From IMG/VR virus record IMGVR_UViG_3300021599_002733: 64,000 nucleotides of DNA. One strand, written 5' to 3'. Of the stretch, positions 1 to 9,525 are shown in pieces. Under the pieces are notes generated by a model. The model made no database searches. It saw only the letters and a program-made list of their open reading frames with translations, and was not told where the DNA came from. The stretch's first letter is position 1. Every line of letters starts with the position of its first letter. Source of the stretch: a virus. A program made the position numbers and the translations under genes.

Positions 1-393
1 TGTAACTGAAGGGAATTGGTTTCCATTAGGTGTGGATGTACCGTATAATCCTAATGGTTCTTGGTATAACCATTGTATTCCATTACTATTGGGAATAGTG
101 CTTTGAATGAGCTCAACGTGCTCATTTACAGTAGGGTATTTTTTAGTGTTAGAATTTGATGGAAGTGCTGTATATGTTTTCCCAAAGTTATTAGGTCTAG
201 TTCCATACCCTATTATTAAACCCAATGAATTTAAACCATATGTACCATTTTGAATCAATGGATGGTTTTCATCCATTATGATATCAGTAACCCGTACTAT
301 TAAGGGTTTTTTTCTTTCTCCGGAAAAATTCTTTGGTGCGTTCCCATTTGTAGCTCTATTAGTTAAAGCAGGAAAGCCAAACTTATGAGACAT
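1..393 (-). CDS. Partial ORF running off the window edge, possibly a baseplate/tail hub protein
   Basis: Own translation from ATG at 393: MSHKFGFPALTNR...IVRVTDIIMDENHP..., open to position 1. Function is a weak guess. Confidence 0.4.
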   Translation of the reverse strand, partial: MSHKFGFPALTNRATNGNAPKNFSGERKKPLIVRVTDIIMDENHPLIQNGTYGLNSLGLIIGYGTRPNNFGKTYTALPSNSNTKKYPTVNEHVELIQSTIPNSNGIQWLYQEPLGLYGTSTPNGNQFPSVT

Positions 394-733
394 CTTTTGA
401 TGGTGGGTTAAAATTTTTAACTTCAGCTAGTAGTTGTGCTTTTTCTTCTTCGGTCATTCCAAAATCAGCAGCATCTGATGACTCTGATGCTAAGGCACGT
501 TGAACAATAGTGGCCATTTTAATAAGTTGTTCATCATTTCGGATTCCCAACTCCATATATTCTTTAATTAATGGAACTACTAAAGTAGCATCTCCTATAT
601 CATTAATAAGGGGTTTAAGTTCATTGATAAGAGCAGAAATTTGCTCTTCTTTTTTCTTTTGGTTATTGTAAATTTCTTGGAAAATATCCGAAAGTTTTTT
701 CTTACCAAATATATTTTTATCTAGAGTACTCAT
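383..733 (-). CDS. Hypothetical coiled-coil phage protein
   Basis: 116-aa ORF with a late-type ATATTTATAA motif just upstream (about 746-755). Confidence 0.7.
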   Translation of the reverse strand: MSTLDKNIFGKKKLSDIFQEIYNNQKKKEEQISALINELKPLINDIGDATLVVPLIKEYMELGIRNDEQLIKMATIVQRALASESSDAADFGMTEEEKAQLLAEVKNFNPPSKDVS

Positions 734-745
734 AAAAAGATTTTG

Positions 746-1474
746 TTATAAATATCTTGCAGTACATTCTTTAAAATCTAGATAGTCATTTTCTAAATAA
801 AATACGTAATTCTTTTTAAATATGTCTTGTAGAACAGTTACTATTTTGGTTATTTTGGGAGTTTTTACATCTATCATCTCATGTATATAAATGTAAAGAG
901 CCTTTTTATTAAAAATATCTATACCATCTCTTTTACGGAATAACTCTAAGACTGCATCGGCAATTTGAGCATCATTACCTTTTGGAAAAATTGTATAAAT
1001 ATTCTCTGAAATGAAATCAACATAAGTATCTATAAAGTTAGATAACTTATCTTTGCTAGGACCACCCTCTAGAGTATAGGAATGGTTTTCATCTTTTTCA
1101 AGATCTTCAACAGATGATTTTTGGACTTTCTTCTTATAATTTTTCTCGTTATATAGAATTAACCATCGTTTTACGATAGTTCCAAAATAAGAATAGGCTT
1201 TGGCTCCATTTTCAGGATTAAATAAGTGGATTTTTGAAAGTAAAAATACTATAATCTCATGTTGAAGATGCTCTAAATCTTCTACTTCGGTATGGTAGAA
1301 TTTAAAGGTATGGATTATATTTTGAGTTAATTTGAAGAAAGCATAATGGATTTCTTCCTCATATATTTTATTTTTCTCGGATATAATAGAAGTGCTATTG
1401 TATCTAACAATAGCATCTTCTGTTTCTTGGGTAAAATATCTTCTTTTTTCCCTTACTTTTTTTGTTATCATCAT
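746..1474 (-). CDS. Phage RNA polymerase sigma-like factor (gp55-like late sigma candidate)
   Basis: YFTQETEDAIVRYN...FNPENGAKAYSYFGTIVKR resembles sigma region 2 of T4 gp55-type factors. Confidence 0.65.
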   Translation of the reverse strand: MMITKKVREKRRYFTQETEDAIVRYNSTSIISEKNKIYEEEIHYAFFKLTQNIIHTFKFYHTEVEDLEHLQHEIIVFLLSKIHLFNPENGAKAYSYFGTIVKRWLILYNEKNYKKKVQKSSVEDLEKDENHSYTLEGGPSKDKLSNFIDTYVDFISENIYTIFPKGNDAQIADAVLELFRKRDGIDIFNKKALYIYIHEMIDVKTPKITKIVTVLQDIFKKNYVFYLENDYLDFKECTARYL

Positions 1475-1755
1475 TGGATTCGAATCACCTTAAAGTCATT
1501 TAATATATCTTGTATTTGTTGTATAGATTCGAAAAAGAAACCAACTTCATCATCTGATTTAAAGGTTCCATTCCTATCTAATTCTTTTAATGTTTTATCC
1601 GAAATTTCAATAGCACGTGAAAGTCTATCAAGATACTCCATGTATGAAACCAGAACATCTTCTGCTTTTTCTTGCTTACGCATAAGATTAAATGTTGAAA
1701 ATCCAAAAAATACAACTAGTAAACTTAAAACAATTATTATAATATAAAGTATCAT
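1471..1755 (-). CDS. Membrane-anchored hypothetical protein
   Basis: N-terminal hydrophobic helix; overlaps both neighbours by 4 nt. Confidence 0.7.
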   Translation of the reverse strand: MILYIIIIVLSLLVVFFGFSTFNLMRKQEKAEDVLVSYMEYLDRLSRAIEISDKTLKELDRNGTFKSDDEVGFFFESIQQIQDILNDFKVIRIQ

Positions 1756-2546
1756 ATGTTATTTAATAAATTTTTTAAACCATTACTTTTAATTGAACCC
1801 AACGCTTTATCTTTGGTTGGAGTTTTCTTTACATTGGTTGGTTTATTCCCCAATGTATAATTTCCTTTCCCTCCATCCAAGTTCTTTTTTCCTTCTTTTA
1901 ACTTTGGTAACCATTCACGTTCAAATTCAATACGTGCTGCCATTAAGTCTGCCTGGTGTAAGATAAAAGGTAATGAAGTTCTTGGTTTTTGCTCGGGCAT
2001 AAAGTTCTTTAAATACTTGTTATTTGCCTCATCATATAAACCATCGTGAGTCTGGATAGCAATCATCTCATTAAATGTATATTGGATACCATGAGATTGT
2101 AAAAGGAATAACCCTCTATCTGGAACAGATGAAAATGGTACTTTAGTATTAAACATATAATCCTCACCTAACTTATCTTTACGCCATTGGTCTGTCTGGG
2201 GTATATAGGAATCCTCGGATTCATCACCCATTTTACCTAAATCATGGTTTAGTGCTGAGAATATCAATTCTTCAGTAGTAAAAGTAGACATATCACATCC
2301 TTCATCTTCCCATAATGTAGCTTGCTTGATAGCACATCGAATAACGCGTAAAACATGCTCTACATACCCTCCAGGGAAAGCATTATGGTATTCTTTCTTA
2401 TGCGCAGCAGGCATTAATATTAAACGATCAGCATATTTTTCATAAAATGCTAATAGTTTTTCTTTACGTGGTTCGGAAATATATTCATTAATATACCCCA
2501 TTAATTCATCCCAATTCTCTTGGATTTGTTCGGCTGTTAGATTCAT
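1752..2546 (-). CDS. HD-domain phosphohydrolase (YhaM/Cbf1-like)
   Basis: HNAFPGGYVEH...HDLGK...HDG...LHQAD motifs. Confidence 0.8.
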   Translation of the reverse strand: MNLTAEQIQENWDELMGYINEYISEPRKEKLLAFYEKYADRLILMPAAHKKEYHNAFPGGYVEHVLRVIRCAIKQATLWEDEGCDMSTFTTEELIFSALNHDLGKMGDESEDSYIPQTDQWRKDKLGEDYMFNTKVPFSSVPDRGLFLLQSHGIQYTFNEMIAIQTHDGLYDEANNKYLKNFMPEQKPRTSLPFILHQADLMAARIEFEREWLPKLKEGKKNLDGGKGNYTLGNKPTNVKKTPTKDKALGSIKSNGLKNLLNNI

Positions 2547-2562
2547 AACTTTTATTTATTTA

Positions 2563-2730
2563 TTAATTTTCTCTTTCAACAATAGATTGTAAATCATTTA
2601 TAAGTTCATTCAATTCTCTTAGAGCATTTACCCTTTCCTCCGAACTTCCTCTATTAACAATAAAATCTAATTGTTTTAAACGTCCTTGTATTGTTTGAAT
2701 ACGACGCAATGCTAACTCTTTATTTCTCAT
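2563..2730 (-). CDS. Small coiled-coil hypothetical protein
   Basis: ORF track; likely start at MRNKELAL. Confidence 0.6.
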   Translation of the reverse strand: MRNKELALRRIQTIQGRLKQLDFIVNRGSSEERVNALRELNELINDLQSIVEREN

Positions 2731-2830
2731 TTGATTTATATATAACCGGGACAACATTATCCCACATTTATCTAACTTTATTTCTCATATATCTAGGGTT
2801 TAAAAACCCCGTATGATCAATATACAAAAC

Positions 2831-3268
2831 CTATTTTACCACCTCCAAGTAATTTTCAACAAAATCTTGAATTTTCTTTATAAATGCACACTTTTCAAAC
2901 TCTTCATTCTCCTCAAAGTAATGTATGGAAAGTTTTAGGGCAGTTAAAAACTCATCATCACTAGATCTTCTTAAATCATTAAGCCATACTTCATCTGTTA
3001 AATCTGTCTGGCTTATCCAATACCAGGATCTATGGTACATCATAAACTCCCCAGCCAAATCAACACCATCCATGTCCATATCATCAGAAGATTTCTCAAA
3101 AAAAGCTATAACTTGCTTTTTAAAACTCATCCCATTCATAATCAGTTTGGTAAACATTCCAATTTTGAATAATGGAGTTTTCTTAAAAGTATCTAAATTC
3201 TCCGAAATCTCCTCTTCTTGGGGCCTGTTGTTAAAAAATGAAAAAAACCTACTTAAATCCATATCCAT
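2831..3268 (-). CDS. Hypothetical protein with C-terminal UVR-like motif
   Basis: ENEEFEKCAFIKK near the C-terminus. Confidence 0.6.
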   Translation of the reverse strand: MDMDLSRFFSFFNNRPQEEEISENLDTFKKTPLFKIGMFTKLIMNGMSFKKQVIAFFEKSSDDMDMDGVDLAGEFMMYHRSWYWISQTDLTDEVWLNDLRRSSDDEFLTALKLSIHYFEENEEFEKCAFIKKIQDFVENYLEVVK

Positions 3269-3273
3269 GACTT

Positions 3274-3486
3274 TTAATTTATTGAGTTTAATTTAAACTC
3301 TAATTCATCGATTTTGCGCTCAAGACTATTGATCTCAACATTTAAAGATTCATAAAGCGAAATAGGATTTATAAAGTATGGATTTGAAGGATGGTAAGCC
3401 CAAACCTCTTCTTTAACATAAGAAATTGCAATAAGTTGATTTTTCAAATCAATTAATTCGTCCTCTATATTTTGAATTTCACCCAT
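3274..3486 (-). CDS. Hypothetical protein
   Basis: 70-aa ORF packed against its neighbour. Confidence 0.6.
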   Translation of the reverse strand: MGEIQNIEDELIDLKNQLIAISYVKEEVWAYHPSNPYFINPISLYESLNVEINSLERKIDELEFKLNSIN

Positions 3487-3570
3487 GATTATTTTTTATT
3501 ACCCCACCTCACTCCTAATATACATATATACAAGATATGGTGGACAATTATTCGCCAATAAATATTATGA

Positions 3571-4044
3571 TTATTTGTATCTTTGACCTAACTCTAAAAT
3601 AGCCTCTTTAGCCTGTTCAATAGACATTTGAAAGAATTCCCTATCATTATTTACCCGATAATCCTTTAAATACTTATGAAGCTCAATCTCTAAAGCGTGA
3701 GCATTAAAGCATTTAAACGCGAATTCAACGTTAAACTTAACAGGTACGCCCGTTCCACGAGAAACCTGTTCTGCGCGTTTATCCGGTGTTTTTTCCGTAA
3801 AGCCTATTTTAACCAAATTTGGCATAGTTCTATTGGTTAATACATAAACCCAAGAATCACCATCACCTTCCCTATTTTCATACAGATTTTTCCTACGAGC
3901 AGTATAATACGTTACTTTATCCCATTCAGGTTTTTCAGAATCTGGTGTTAACGTATAAAAAGCTGGTTCTGATTTGGTAAAATCCTCTTCCACTGAAATA
4001 TAGGTGTGGGCTACGGATTCATCTATTCGTTTTATATTTGACAT
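3571..4044 (-). CDS. T5orf172/MUG113-type GIY-YIG domain protein
   Basis: WVYVLTN..MPNLVKIGFT..P..RA..S..TGVP..F...E.ELH..L..YRV...REFF. Confidence 0.85.
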   Translation of the reverse strand: MSNIKRIDESVAHTYISVEEDFTKSEPAFYTLTPDSEKPEWDKVTYYTARRKNLYENREGDGDSWVYVLTNRTMPNLVKIGFTEKTPDKRAEQVSRGTGVPVKFNVEFAFKCFNAHALEIELHKYLKDYRVNNDREFFQMSIEQAKEAILELGQRYK

Positions 4045-4056
4045 AACCTTTATTTT

Positions 4057-4245
4057 TTATTTTTTAATAATCGTAGCAACTATAATAAGTATTATTGTTG
4101 CAATAATGGGAATCCAAATTGGGGAAAACACCCACCACCAAGACCAATATTGAACAGGGCCTATTTGAGCTAACTTTAGGGTTAAGAATATTAAAAACAA
4201 TATTGTACCTAATCCTAGACTACTGTTTGATTTATTATTCTCCAT
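4057..4245 (-). CDS. Small two-TM membrane protein
   Basis: LFLIFLTLKL...WSWWWVFSPIWIP. Confidence 0.7.
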   Translation of the reverse strand: MENNKSNSSLGLGTILFLIFLTLKLAQIGPVQYWSWWWVFSPIWIPIIATIILIIVATIIKK

Positions 4246-4393
4246 CTTCTTGGTTATCTAGTTCTGAAAACAAAATATCTCCAAATGCATATCCAAAAAA
4301 GAAGAAAAATACTGGGTTTCCTGTTAGAGTACCTGTGATTAGGGAAACTATTCCAAAAATGACTTTAAACGGGTTTTTAAGTAACTTATCCAT
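4235..4393 (-). CDS. Small membrane protein (52 aa)
   Basis: Own translation MDKLLKNPFKVIFGIVSLITG...; AAGGTCATG start and promoter at about 4425. Confidence 0.6.
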   Translation of the reverse strand: MDKLLKNPFKVIFGIVSLITGTLTGNPVFFFFFGYAFGDILFSELDNQEDGE

Positions 4394-4768
4394 GACCTTT
4401 ATTTTTAATTATTAATATGATTAAATATACGAACAATATCTTGTATATCCAAATATACTTTGCTCTAAGGTGGAAAAATTTTAAAGATCTTCTTTTTGTG
4501 GATTTTGGATTTTTTAAAACTTTGGCAAAACCGGAAACGTGGATATATTTGTGGGTATGTATGTTTGGTATATAAGGATATATAAGTCGATGGGTAAAGA
4601 TTGTAAGAGTTATATGTGTGCATACAAGTCCACTCCCCCCACCACCCCCACCATATTGACACCGGCGCGCGTGGGGCCATACTACCTACTATATACCATA
4701 TATATACGCCCGGCGTACGTACCCCAGACCACCCCTATTAGGAGGGTGGATCTTGCGGGTCAATTTTT

Positions 4769-4930
4769 TTAAGAGCCAATTTTGCTATGAGTCAGCTCAC
4801 CATCTTCAAAGTAATAGAACGCCAAGCGCCCATCGGCTTGTTGGATGGTAATGTTAGCGGTTTCGGTTAGACACCCATCAATGTTGAGGATGGATTGTTG
4901 GTTTAATTCTACAAATGTGTATGCGCTCAT
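4769..4930 (-). CDS. Small hypothetical protein (53 aa)
   Basis: Own translation MSAYTFVELNQQSIL...IGS. Confidence 0.55.
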   Translation of the reverse strand: MSAYTFVELNQQSILNIDGCLTETANITIQQADGRLAFYYFEDGELTHSKIGS

Positions 4931-4965
4931 ATGGTTTGATTTTACGTTAGGTTATTTATGCTGGG

Positions 4966-5175
4966 TTAATCTATTAATTCATATTTTGAATCCTCAATTA
5001 TGACATAAGTTAATTTAACTTCATATCCATCCATTATATCAAAAGATTCAACTTCATATGTTGTTGGGGTTAAAACATCTATTATTGTACCCTCTATCAT
5101 GTAATGGAAAGATGGGTTAGGGTGGATGGTTTTTATCCTTTGACCTATTTTTAATATGTTGAAAATTAAATCCAT
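4966..5175 (-). CDS. Early-region hypothetical protein
   Basis: ORF track; cassette promoter at 5201. Confidence 0.65.
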   Translation of the reverse strand: MDLIFNILKIGQRIKTIHPNPSFHYMIEGTIIDVLTPTTYEVESFDIMDGYEVKLTYVIIEDSKYELID

Positions 5176-5306
5176 GTGTTTTATCTTTAATTATGGTTTT
5201 AATATACGAACTTACCTCCATAAACCATATTCCATAGCCACCGAAAGCCCGGTTGCTCGGGCTCCAAGTGGAAGATAAACGGTTATGAAGCGTTGTCTTT
5301 TAATTG

Positions 5307-5409
5307 TGGTCAGGACAGGATTCGAACCTGTAACCCCTTATTTATTTGAGTGATTTCTAGAGGAGCTCTCTCACTTGGGGAGTGCGTCTACCAATTCCGC
5401 CACCTGACC
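5307..5409 (-). ncRNA. tRNA-like RNA (Leu-type D arm) with non-canonical, expanded anticodon/variable region
   Basis: Acceptor GGTCAGG/CCTGACC+A, D arm GGCGGAATTGGTAGACGC, T arm ACAGG-TTCGAAT-CCTGT; about 50 nt between D and T arms with no U33-type anticodon loop. Confidence 0.75.
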
Positions 5410-5425
5410 ATATGTTGGGGGCTAT

Positions 5426-5797
5426 TTATTCTATACCACCATTGGCAGCTATTAATTCTACCAATTCAATGGATTCTGCCTCCACTTTAGCTTTAGCCGG
5501 GCGTCCACGCTTAACGGCTCCACCATTGGCTGCTGCTTTGGCTGCTAGTTCCGCTAATCGGATCTGTCTTACACTATCGGCTTTAACTGGTCGTCCAAGC
5601 TTAAGTTCACCATTGGCTTTTTTAGCCGCTAGTTCAGCTAGCCTTTGTTGTCTAACACTATCTGGATTAACTGGACGGCCTTGCTTACCCTCACCCGCTG
5701 CTTTTTTGGCTGCTAGTTCTGCCAAACGGATTTGACGAGCACTGTTTGAATTAACTGGACGACCTAATTTTGCTGTTTCTACATTTACATTTTTCAT
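5426..5797 (-). CDS. Basic protein with three ~28-aa GRP (AT-hook-like) repeats, Ala-rich paralog
   Basis: GRPVNxxSxRQxRLAELAAKKAxGExKx three times, plus a terminal KRGRP. Confidence 0.75.
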   Translation of the reverse strand: MKNVNVETAKLGRPVNSNSARQIRLAELAAKKAAGEGKQGRPVNPDSVRQQRLAELAAKKANGELKLGRPVKADSVRQIRLAELAAKAAANGGAVKRGRPAKAKVEAESIELVELIAANGGIE

Positions 5798-5817
5798 AAC
5801 CTTAATTTTTTGCTTTT

Positions 5818-6012
5818 TTAATTATACTTTAATATACGAAATTGATTTATTATCTCTAAGTCCTTATTGTCTAATTGAATAAATTTGGTTTTGGTTTCTC
5901 CCTCAAACATAACTATCCAACGTTTATTACTACCGTCTTCCCTTAAGATACTACTTACTTTTTTCAAAAACTTAATTTCAATTAAGCTAATAACATTTTT
6001 TAAATCAACCAT
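5818..6012 (-). CDS. Early hypothetical protein
   Basis: ORF track; cassette promoter at 6037. Confidence 0.6.
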   Translation of the reverse strand: MVDLKNVISLIEIKFLKKVSSILREDGSNKRWIVMFEGETKTKFIQLDNKDLEIINQFRILKYN

Positions 6013-6057
6013 TTTATCTATCTTTAATTATGGTTCAATATACGAACTCTATTTCAA

Positions 6058-6296
6058 TTAACATCTTCCCTTTAACACTATATATTTAATATAAGCAAGG
6101 GCAAAAACACATATCCACAATACCACTGTCATACTATTTCTTTAAAGTATATTTAATAATTCCACTCCACAAGACAACATTTAATCCAATCATCATTAAC
6201 AATACTACTGTCATATCAATCTAAAACATTAAATAAACACTCAATACATTTTACTACTCCAAGTAACAACAAAACATAAACTAAACCACTTATCAT
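6058..6296 (-). CDS. Three tandem hydrophobic micro-ORFs (6216-6296, 6134-6214, 6058-6132)
   Basis: MISGLVYVLLLLGVVKCIECLFNVLD / MTVVLLMMIGLNVVLWSGIIKYTLKK / MTVVLWICVFALAYIKYIVLKGRC; stop-T-ATG junctions; promoter at 6321. Confidence 0.6.
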
Positions 6297-6338
6297 ATCT
6301 TTTATCTTTAATTATGAATCAATATACGAAATGTTTAT

Positions 6339-7958
6339 TTAAACTGCTATTCCTTTTTTATCAAGAACCCCATTCAACATAAAAACCACATCACCAAGAT
6401 ACCCATCCCTAGCCAGGTCATCCAAATCATATATTTCCTCATCCCAATATGAACCACAACAATCACATCCAAAACTTTCCAGTTTACCTAACACAACATA
6501 GTTGCCTTCAAAATTAATCCATCTGATTTTTAGTTGTAGTACTGAATCAACTGTTTCATCAGCCAATTCATCATCAAAATCAATATCTTTAATTTTTCCA
6601 AATTGTTGGAACAAATCACATGCCTCTGCAAATTCTCTAGCTGTCATAACGTTTTATCTTTTTAATTATGGTTCAATATACGAACTTTATTTATTATCAC
6701 TAAGTCCTGAAATAAAATCCAAACATTTCTGTTTTACCTTAAAACTTACCTTACACCCATCCAGGTGAAAAAAGTAACCAATCTCATTATCAAACATTAC
6801 CAAAATTCCCTTATACACAAATGTATTATTCATAACCTTTATCTTTAAATATAATTCAATATACGAACTATCTATTTAAACCACTCGTCCTCATCACCAA
6901 ACCAGTTATCATCCTCCACCCGGGTGATATCACACCTTTCATACCCCTGACCTTCATATTCCATGGAACCCACAATTCGATCCACCACCCACTTGTTCTC
7001 CACCTCAAATGTTCTTCCATCGTGGGGTCCACCTATAACCTTTACAATATATTTTACCATATCCAATTAATTAAAAGCCACTTGGTACAACACTAAAGTG
7101 GCTGCGTTCACGTCAGGTATTTCACCTAAATCTTTATTCTGAAATTTTACAATGTTGATCAGGTCTCGTCCTGTGGTTTCGCCTGTTAAAGCATGTTTCA
7201 CTGCTGATTTGTAATCTTTTTTAACTTTTGTTTTCATAACCTTTATCTTTAAATATGTCTTAATATACGAAAGTAGCTTTAATTAGCTACTTCCTTTTAT
7301 TATTATTTTATTTAAAATTCATAAATTTCATTCCAATTCCCTTTAATATAATCAACTTCACTCATATCATCTATATAATTATAACAAAAATCAAAATAAT
7401 TCTCATATTTTATTTCTTTATCTTCCTCAAACTCATTTAAAAAATCATTTAATATTTCTTCATCTTCATAACTTTCAATAATTTCTTTTACAAAATTATA
7501 ATCTCTTACTTTAAATTTAACTTTCATAACTTTTATCTTTAAATATGTCTGAGTATACGAAAAGAGCTTTAATTAAGCTCTTCCTTTTTAGTAAATGTTT
7601 CAATAATTTCAATTTCAAATACCTCATAATTATGATGTTTTAATTGAGTTGTGAATTTAGGACCTGGTATATTTCTTCTTTTACCATCTTCATTTAATAT
7701 TAATTGAGAACGGTCAATAGTTGTAATATAATTTTCTAGTCCTAGATTTTCAAATGATTTAACTTGTTTAAAACGTTTTTTCTTTAAACCTGATAGGTCC
7801 CCCACTTGAAATTCTTTAAAATACCCCATAGAGATATTATGTTTATAATGATTATTTATTTCTTTAATACCTAATTCATTTAAACCATATAATTTAACCT
7901 CAATCTCTTTTTTCACTTTTCTCATAACCTTTATCTTTAAATATGTCTCAATATACAA
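6339..7958 (-). CDS. Run of early hypothetical ORFs (6339-6647, 6687-6833, 6872-7066, 7067-7237, 7312-7527, 7569-7925)
   Basis: ORF track plus own translations; nearly each has its own cassette promoter. Confidence 0.6.
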
Positions 7959-7966
7959 AAAGAGGC

Positions 7967-8284
7967 TTATTTAGCCTCTTCCTTTTTAGGTCTTCCTCTT
8001 TTAACTAAACCTAACTCTCTCTTACTCTCTAATTCCTTTAACCTAATCTGTCTTACACTATCTTCTTTAATAGGACGTCCTCTTCTAAGTTCTCCATTAT
8101 TTCTTTTTAATTCTAACTCTTTCAAACGTTTTTGTCTTTCACTATCTTCTTTTACAGGACGTCCTAACTTTAACTCTCCATTTTTTCTCTTACTTTCTAA
8201 CTCTTTAATCCTTTGTTGTCTTACACTGTTTTCATTAACAGGACGTCCTAATTTTTTTACTTCAATTACTTCTACTTTTTTCAT
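7967..8284 (-). CDS. Basic protein with three 28-aa GRP (AT-hook-like) repeats, Lys/Glu-rich paralog
   Basis: GRPVxExSxRQxRLKELExKRxNGELK three times, plus KRGRPKK. Confidence 0.75.
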   Translation of the reverse strand: MKKVEVIEVKKLGRPVNENSVRQQRIKELESKRKNGELKLGRPVKEDSERQKRLKELELKRNNGELRRGRPIKEDSVRQIRLKELESKRELGLVKRGRPKKEEAK

Positions 8285-8352
8285 AACTTTTATTATTTAT
8301 CTTTATTTATACTTTAATATACGAATTATATCTTAATTATCTTAGTCCTTAA

Positions 8353-9330
8353 TTATTTAGTTTGATCTTCTAAAAATGATATTAACATTTTAACTTCATT
8401 TTTATTTAACTTAGCAAGAAAAGTATCAACATCTACTGTTATTGAAATTTCAACCTCATCATTTTTATCAATTTTAGAAATATTTAACATATGAAATCCT
8501 TCATCAAAGTTAAAATTTAATTCATTTTCATTTAAAATAATTTCTTTCATAACCTTTATTATTTATTTATCTTTATTTATACTTTAATATACGAATAATA
8601 TTTTAATTTGCTTAGTCCTTAATTAAAACATACCTCCATTAATTACTAATCTTCTTCTATAAATAAAGTCATCACCTGTATCTATTCCAACATTCTCTAC
8701 ATTAACATCTGTTTTTTCAATTCTATTAACATAAACAAAGTCTGTAGGATCCATTCCTGTAACAACTACTTTCAAATTCTTATTCTCTACTTTCTCTAAT
8801 ACTTCAATCAATTCTTGTACTGTCATAACTTTTATCTTTTTAATTATATTTTAATATACGAATTTTATCTTACTTATTTTAGTCCTTAACTATTAAATTC
8901 TTCTTTAATCGAAAAAGTAACTAAAAATTCCCCATCCATACCATCGTAATCACTCATTTCAAAACCTAATTTTTCACCTAATTCTTTCAATTGTAAACAC
9001 AATTCAATGTTTGTTTCACTGATGTGATTCAATCGTAGTCCATTTACTAAATTTTCATTCTTCATAATTTTTATCTTTTAAATTTATACTGAAATATACG
9101 AACTTTAATTTAATCAACTTAGTCCATTATCTCTCCATAAACCACCCAATTAATATCCCATCCACTAAATGACTTACCTCAGTTAATGTTTCACAAGTTC
9201 CTAATGAAGTATTGTATACTTGATTAATAAATATTTCCTTCCTTTCATCACTTAAAATATAATCATCATAAAATTCATCAACTAATTGATTTATAAAATT
9301 CATCAATACAATTCCATCTAACTCTTTCAT
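8353..9330 (-). CDS. Four acidic early hypothetical ORFs (8353-8550, 8623-8826, 8886-9065, 9127-9330)
   Basis: ORF track and own translation; one promoter cassette each. Confidence 0.65.
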
Positions 9331-9372
9331 AACTTTTTATCTTTTTAATATGCTGAAATATACGAATAATTT

Positions 9373-9525
9373 TTAATCTAAACTATTCCTTTTGTGTTTG
9401 CGTTTACGTGTGTATTGTTTTTTAGACTGAATAGTCCTCTCAACAAAGCGACCATCAAAATAACCTTGTTGCTTCTGTGATTCTCTCGTCACACTTAAAT
9501 TCATCTTAATCGTTTGCTTTTTCAT
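9373..9525 (-). CDS. 50-aa basic protein with an ArfA-like C-terminal motif
   Basis: MKKQTIK...GYFDGRFVERTIQSKKQYTRKRKHKRNSLD; promoter at 9565. Confidence 0.5.
   Translation of the reverse strand: MKKQTIKMNLSVTRESQKQQGYFDGRFVERTIQSKKQYTRKRKHKRNSLD

Noticed and set aside
5307-5409. Canonical tRNA-Thr(AGT) or tRNA-Leu
   Set aside because: The candidate loop CAAGTGA lacks U33, its stem has a mismatch and the variable region is oversized; kept as a tRNA-like element
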